Source: an uncultured delta proteobacterium
GTDB lineage: Bacteria; Desulfobacterota; Binatia; JACPRU01
Reading direction: 5' to 3'
DNA: 64,000 nt
NCBI GenBank assembly: GCA_963745025.1
Contig: CAVUWD010000013.1
Span: 128,001 to 192,000, forward strand
Shown here piece by piece: positions 59,523 through 64,000 of this stretch. The notes below the pieces were generated by a model, which saw only the letters and a list, made by a program, of their open reading frames with translations, had not been told where the DNA came from and searched no databases. A program made the position numbers and the translations under genes. Numbering within the stretch: the stretch's first letter is position 1; each line of letters opens with the position of its first letter.

Positions 59523-59776
59523 CGCTGATCGCGACTCTCTCGCAGCAGACGCACGACGTCCACCCGCTTTCGCAAGCGGACCCCGCGTACCCGCTTGAGG
59601 CTCGCCGTCGGAGCGGTGGGCTCTTCGATCGCCAGGGCGTCGCTTCCGGCGTCATAGGGAACGAGGACCGCGATCGGTGTCCTCCGGTCGGTGACGATTA
59701 CGCTCTCCCCCTGACGAACGGCCGCCAGGAACCCGCTGAGGTGAGCCTTCAGTTCCGAGACCTTCGCGCGTTTCAT
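59519..59776 (-). CDS. Phd/YefM-family antitoxin
   Basis: AKVSELKAHLSGFLAAVRQGESVIVTDRRTPIAVLVP. Confidence 0.88.
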   Translation of the reverse strand: MKRAKVSELKAHLSGFLAAVRQGESVIVTDRRTPIAVLVPYDAGSDALAIEEPTAPTASLKRVRGVRLRKRVDVVRLLRESRDQR

Positions 59777-59848
59777 GACCCTGTTATGTCCTGATCTAGT
59801 CTCAGCAGCAAGAGACGGTCCGGGCGGATGAGAATCAACATCCGGTCG

Positions 59849-60862
59849 TCACCTTTCCTCGACGGAACAGGAATCGAGAATTCGGATCCAGCGGTCACGC
59901 TGGTCGCGTCCGCGTTTTGCGGCTTTGTAGACCGACTCCGGCTTCAAGCCGAGGTCAAGTGCGAGCTCGCGTCCGCTCCGACCAAGGAATTCGACCCAGA
60001 GGTATGCAAGCCCTTCGCGGGCCTCCGAGATGACGCGAGTCCGGCCAGGCTCGCAGATAGCGCGAGGGCTCACGCCGCATGCGGCACAAACCACGTCCTT
60101 CACGGAGGAGAGGTCGGATGGGGTCAGGGCCGCTGAGCGGCTTCGCTTGGCGGCCTCGCCGCGGATCTTGTCGACGAATCGACTGCTTCCGAGCACGCGT
60201 TCATCTGAGGTAAAGTCTTCGCGTCGCCGTCTCGACTCCGACACGGCTGTCCAACCACCCGCGCTCCGGACGAGCCGGCCGCCGCTGAGTTCCGATCGCT
60301 TGCCGAGAAGCGCCCCTTCGCAAACGAACTTCCGGTATGCCGCACGCGCCCAACCAAGATACCTACCGAAGCGCGCGAGCACCTCTTGGGTGGACTGCCA
60401 GGCACGCGGAACCGTCGATAACAGAGCCGAATGGCCCGTGTAGGGATAGTCATCGAGCTCGTCGACGTGACCGACGATGCCCGCGCGTAGCGGATTCAGA
60501 TGGATGTAACGAACCAGCTCGAGGAAGTAGCGCTCGGCTTCGCAAGCAACCGATTTGTAGCGATTCTGAAAGAGGTGGCCGACTCGCTCGTGCCGTCGAT
60601 TGAACACACTCGCGAAGCCGGTGAGAAGCGAGCACATCGAGCGCTCGAGTGGGAGCTCGTCGATTCCGACGAGGAGATGGAAGTGGTTCGGCATCAGCAC
60701 CCAGGCGTAGACCCTCAGTTGGCGATCCTGGACGAGCTTGGAAACGCGTAGCAAAAGGTCCTCGCGATCCGCGTCGTCACGAAAGATCGTTTGTCGGTCG
60801 ATTCCGCGCGCCATGACGTGGTGGAGCACGCCGGGCGCGTCGAGTCGGGGTCCGCGAGGCAC
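59849..60862 (-). mobile_element. Y1 HUH transposase (IS200/RAYT-like) with C-terminal HTH-like domain
   Basis: HHVMARG, LMPNHFHLL (HUH), GHLFQNRY, YIHLNP, YPYTG; no adjacent tnpB. Confidence 0.85.
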
Positions 60863-60972
60863 GATTCCTCCACAACCCTAGCGGGGCCGTGGAGGGCAGC
60901 GAGTTACACGTTAGCAGTTCTCGTTCGTCGAGATCACGCGAAATCCGGCTGCGCAGGGCAGCAACGATTCCG

Positions 60973-62415
60973 TTAATGCCGCAACGTCCCCGTCGCTTCG
61001 GCGAAGCGCCGCGGCAGCCCCCCAAAGGACCCGTTAGACATAAAGACGACGACGTCGCCCGGGCGAACGGAGCGGCCTAGATGGTCGAGGATGGCGTCGT
61101 TGTCGGGAAGCGTCTCCGCCTCGCGTCCCGCCACGCGCAAGTCCTCGACGATACGACTGACCGAAAGGCGATCTGACTCCGGCAGCGGATCGGTTTCCTT
61201 GAAGAAGACGGATGCCACGACCCCCGCGTCCGCGCCGCGGAGAGCCTCGGCGAACTCCTTCTGAAAGGTGCGCCGGCGGCTCGTGTTCGAGCGGGGCTCG
61301 AACACCGCCCAAAGCTTCCTTCCTGGATAACGGCGGCGCACAGCTTCCAAGGTCCCGGCGATCGCCGTCGGATGGTGCGCGAAGTCGTCGATCACGATGA
61401 CCGGTTCCTCGCGGACCACTTCCTGGCGCCGACGCACGCCGCGGAACGACTCGAGCCCGGGTCGAATGTCAGTCGCGGACAAACCGAGCCTCCGGCAGAG
61501 CGCGAAGACGCCGAGCGCGTTCCGCACGTTCATCTCGCCCATCGGCGAGATCGCGAGCTCGGCCTCGGCCGCCCCGTCGAAGCGCACCGTGAAGCGGGTT
61601 CGCCCGCCCTCGTCGCGGACGTCGACGGCTCGCCAGCTTGCGCTCGGCGCGAGGCCGAAGCGCTCGACGCTGCGGCCGCTCTCGCGCACCGTTTCTTCGG
61701 TCTGGGGAAAGTCCGTGCAGGCGAGGACGGGCGCGCCGCGGGGCACGATCTTCAAGAGCTTCACGAACGCCGCCTTCACCTGCTCGAGATCGCGGTAGAT
61801 GTCGGCGTGGTCGAATTCGACCGCCGTCAGGATCAGGCCGTGCGGCTGGTAGTGCAGGAACTTGGGCCCCTTGTCGAAAAAGGCCGTGTCGTACTCGTCG
61901 CCCTCGATGACGAAGTCCTGCCCCTTGCCCAGGCGGAAGTTGCCACCGAAGTCGAGCGCTTCGCCGCCCACCATCAGGCCCGGATCACGCCCCGCCGAAA
62001 CCAGCACCCACGCGAGCATGGCGGTCGAGGTGGTCTTGCCGTGCGTGCCGGCGACGACCAGCGAGCGCTTGCCGGCGAGAAAGAAGCGGCGGATCGCGTC
62101 GGGCATGGAGATGTACGGCAGGCCCCGCTCGAGCATGGCGGCGACCTCGGGGTTGGTGCGCGAGACGGCGTTGCCGACCACGACGAGGTCGGGCGGGGGG
62201 TCGAGATTCTCGGCGCGATAGCCGATCCGCACGGGAACGCCGAGCCGTTCGAGCAGCGTGCTCGCCGGCGGGTAGATGTCTTGGTCCGAGCCGCGGACCT
62301 CGAGCCCTCGGCTCTTCAGCATGCCGGCGAGCGAGGTCATCGCTACGCCGGAGATCGCGATGAGGTGCACCCTGCGGATAGCGCTCAAATCGCCGACGAT
62401 CCCCGGCTCGTTCAC
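60973..62415 (-). CDS. mpl: Murein peptide ligase
   Basis: HLIAISGVAM, AGTHGKTT, EGDEYDTAFFDKGPKF, DDFAHHPTAI, EPRSNT, MSNGSFGG. Start uncertain. Confidence 0.9.
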   Translation of the reverse strand: MNEPGIVGDLSAIRRVHLIAISGVAMTSLAGMLKSRGLEVRGSDQDIYPPASTLLERLGVPVRIGYRAENLDPPPDLVVVGNAVSRTNPEVAAMLERGLPYISMPDAIRRFFLAGKRSLVVAGTHGKTTSTAMLAWVLVSAGRDPGLMVGGEALDFGGNFRLGKGQDFVIEGDEYDTAFFDKGPKFLHYQPHGLILTAVEFDHADIYRDLEQVKAAFVKLLKIVPRGAPVLACTDFPQTEETVRESGRSVERFGLAPSASWRAVDVRDEGGRTRFTVRFDGAAEAELAISPMGEMNVRNALGVFALCRRLGLSATDIRPGLESFRGVRRRQEVVREEPVIVIDDFAHHPTAIAGTLEAVRRRYPGRKLWAVFEPRSNTSRRRTFQKEFAEALRGADAGVVASVFFKETDPLPESDRLSVSRIVEDLRVAGREAETLPDNDAILDHLGRSVRPGDVVVFMSNGSFGGLPRRFAEATGTLRH

Positions 62416-62555
62416 CGGCGTCGTCGTAGCGTAACGACGCCCCTCGAACAACCGTCGTGCTCTGTGCCGACGACGGCTCCCATCACTACGAGCGGTCGTT
62501 CACCTAGCGGGCGGCGGAGTTTTTCCACCGGCAGTCGGCGCGTCGAGCCTTAACC

Positions 62556-63821
62556 TCAGTGCCGGACTTCGTGCCAGCTGACGAGCGCCGTGGTGGCCCC
62601 AGGCAAGCCCGCAAGAGCCTCGTCGTAGTGGAAGTTCGCGGCGCCCATCGAGATGGTTCCGCCGATCGCCGCGCCGTAGTAGTCCGTCACGCTGCCCTGG
62701 AAGTTGAGCGCCGCTTCGGGAGCATAGATTGCCGCGTAGACGGCGCTACCGCCCGCGAAGGTAATTCCCTGATTCCCGTTCGGGCCCGCGTTGTACGTGG
62801 AGAAGATCTGGAGGTTCGAGGGAATCGGATACGAGTTGCCCGGAGGCACGTAGTTGATGATGCCTCCACCCCCGAAGTTGCTTGGGCTCGTGAGATAGAT
62901 CTGTACCTGCCCTTGCAGTGACACCGTGGCCTGCCCGGTGATCGTGATGCTGCTGAAGCAGTAGGTCCCCCCGGTGAGTATGATGTTGTCGCTGCCGTTG
63001 CCTCTGAGCTGCCCATTGCCGCTGTTGAAGCTTCCGCCGCCGATGCTACCCCCATCGTACGCGCCGTAGCCGCTCTGCGGGCACGACGGCGCGGGTGGCA
63101 TCGCCACCTGCGGCGCACCGCTCGTCGTGTCTCCGGTCACCGTAGATTGCCCGATCGACATATTACCGCCGGCTGTCGCTTCGCCGTTGATCGTCGTCGG
63201 CGAGCCGTTGTTGGTGATGTTGCCGTTGCTGCCGACGTTGCCGTTGCTGCCGGGATTGCTCGGATCGTAGGGCCCGTTGTTGGAATTGTAGCTGTCGGTG
63301 TACGCGCCTCCGCCGAACGTATCGCCATATTTGCCGAAAAGACCGTTTCCGAACAGCGGGTACTGTTGCAGCCGGGCCTTCAATTCGCGCTGCGCGCTCG
63401 CGAGGGAGCCGGGAACGGAACCGATCGACGTGATCACGAGGCTCGTCCGGTTCGGGCCCGGGTCGTCGGAGCTGCCGTCGAGCCGAACGTAATAGCCGTT
63501 TCCCGATGCTCCGCCGAAGGAGACGAATCGATAATTGGTGCCGTTCAGTGACTGATCGCTGCCGGTGCCGAGGAAGCCCGTAGGGTTTGCCAGTGCTGTA
63601 TCGAGCGTGACGCCCGCCGTGAGCTGCGCCTCGATCTTCCGCCAGGCGTGATCGAGGCCGGCCTCGGCGACCTGCAGGGCCTGTTTTCGCAGGTAGTCGT
63701 TGCGCGCGATGCCGATCTCGACCCGCGTGCTCCGTGCGGCGAAGGCGGCGATCGCCAGCAGAATCGACGTCAGAAGGAGGATTTCTACGAGCGCGATGCC
63801 CTGTTGCCCGAACTTCTGCAC
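62556..63821 (-). CDS. PilX-family minor pilin with Gly/Asn-rich beta-solenoid-like C-terminal domain
   Basis: QQG|IALVEILLL, QALQVAEAGLD, ITSIG; C-terminal AIYAP...FHYDEAL...SWHEV. Confidence 0.75.
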   Translation of the reverse strand: MQKFGQQGIALVEILLLTSILLAIAAFAARSTRVEIGIARNDYLRKQALQVAEAGLDHAWRKIEAQLTAGVTLDTALANPTGFLGTGSDQSLNGTNYRFVSFGGASGNGYYVRLDGSSDDPGPNRTSLVITSIGSVPGSLASAQRELKARLQQYPLFGNGLFGKYGDTFGGGAYTDSYNSNNGPYDPSNPGSNGNVGSNGNITNNGSPTTINGEATAGGNMSIGQSTVTGDTTSGAPQVAMPPAPSCPQSGYGAYDGGSIGGGSFNSGNGQLRGNGSDNIILTGGTYCFSSITITGQATVSLQGQVQIYLTSPSNFGGGGIINYVPPGNSYPIPSNLQIFSTYNAGPNGNQGITFAGGSAVYAAIYAPEAALNFQGSVTDYYGAAIGGTISMGAANFHYDEALAGLPGATTALVSWHEVRH

Positions 63822-63823
63822 AT

Positions 63824-64000
63824 TCAGTTCCTGAGCGTGATCGTGCTTGCGAGCGACCGCTGCAGGGGAGCGCCGATCATCGGATCGTTTCCCTCGGAAC
63901 GGCCGCGGAGGGTCACCTGGTAGGTCTTGGGAGGCGTCAACGTAATCTGCAGGTCGTTGATCCCCTCCGCCGCTGGCTGCGCGCCGCCTCCTTGGTTCTC
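63824..64000 (-). CDS. C-terminus of a PilW-like minor pilin (5' part outside the window)
   Basis: Manual translation ENQGGGAQPAAEGINDLQITLTPPKTYQVTLRGRS...RSLASTITLRN*; stop 2 nt before the pilX-like start. Confidence 0.6.
   Translation of the reverse strand, partial: ENQGGGAQPAAEGINDLQITLTPPKTYQVTLRGRSEGNDPMIGAPLQRSLASTITLRN

Overview
GC-rich, gene-dense bacterial chromosome segment. The gene order aroE-pilB-pilT-pilC-[pilS/pilR]-pilA, grpE-dnaK-dnaJ and sucA-sucB-lpdA suggests a Deltaproteobacteria-like lineage, possibly Binatia (inference only). It holds a type IV pilus locus, housekeeping genes (ppdK, recO, chaperones, thiL, larB, xth, DegP/DegQ protease, malQ, 2-oxoglutarate dehydrogenase, acnA, mpl), a copper operon, two KimA-like APC transporters, a Phd-VapC toxin-antitoxin pair, a Y1 (HUH) transposase, the end of a minor-pilin operon, several families of short palindromic repeats and two or three gene remnants. 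I saw no rRNA, tRNA or CRISPR array. Two observations stand out. (1) At the pilS-pilR position a single gene fuses a PilS-type membrane/PAS sensor directly to a PilR-type sigma-54 AAA+/HTH output, with no kinase or receiver domain; it lies just upstream of a pilA that has a sigma-54 promoter. (2) An exported Cys/His-rich leader ORF ending in PEPPTEPPRLLA has last codons that can base-pair with the Shine-Dalgarno of a downstream beta-barrel-copC-copD operon, a candidate copper-sensing ribosome-stalling attenuator. Single-base indels in short homopolymers (thiL, sucA, probably malQ) suggest residual assembly errors. All family assignments come from reading motifs by eye; no database searches were run.
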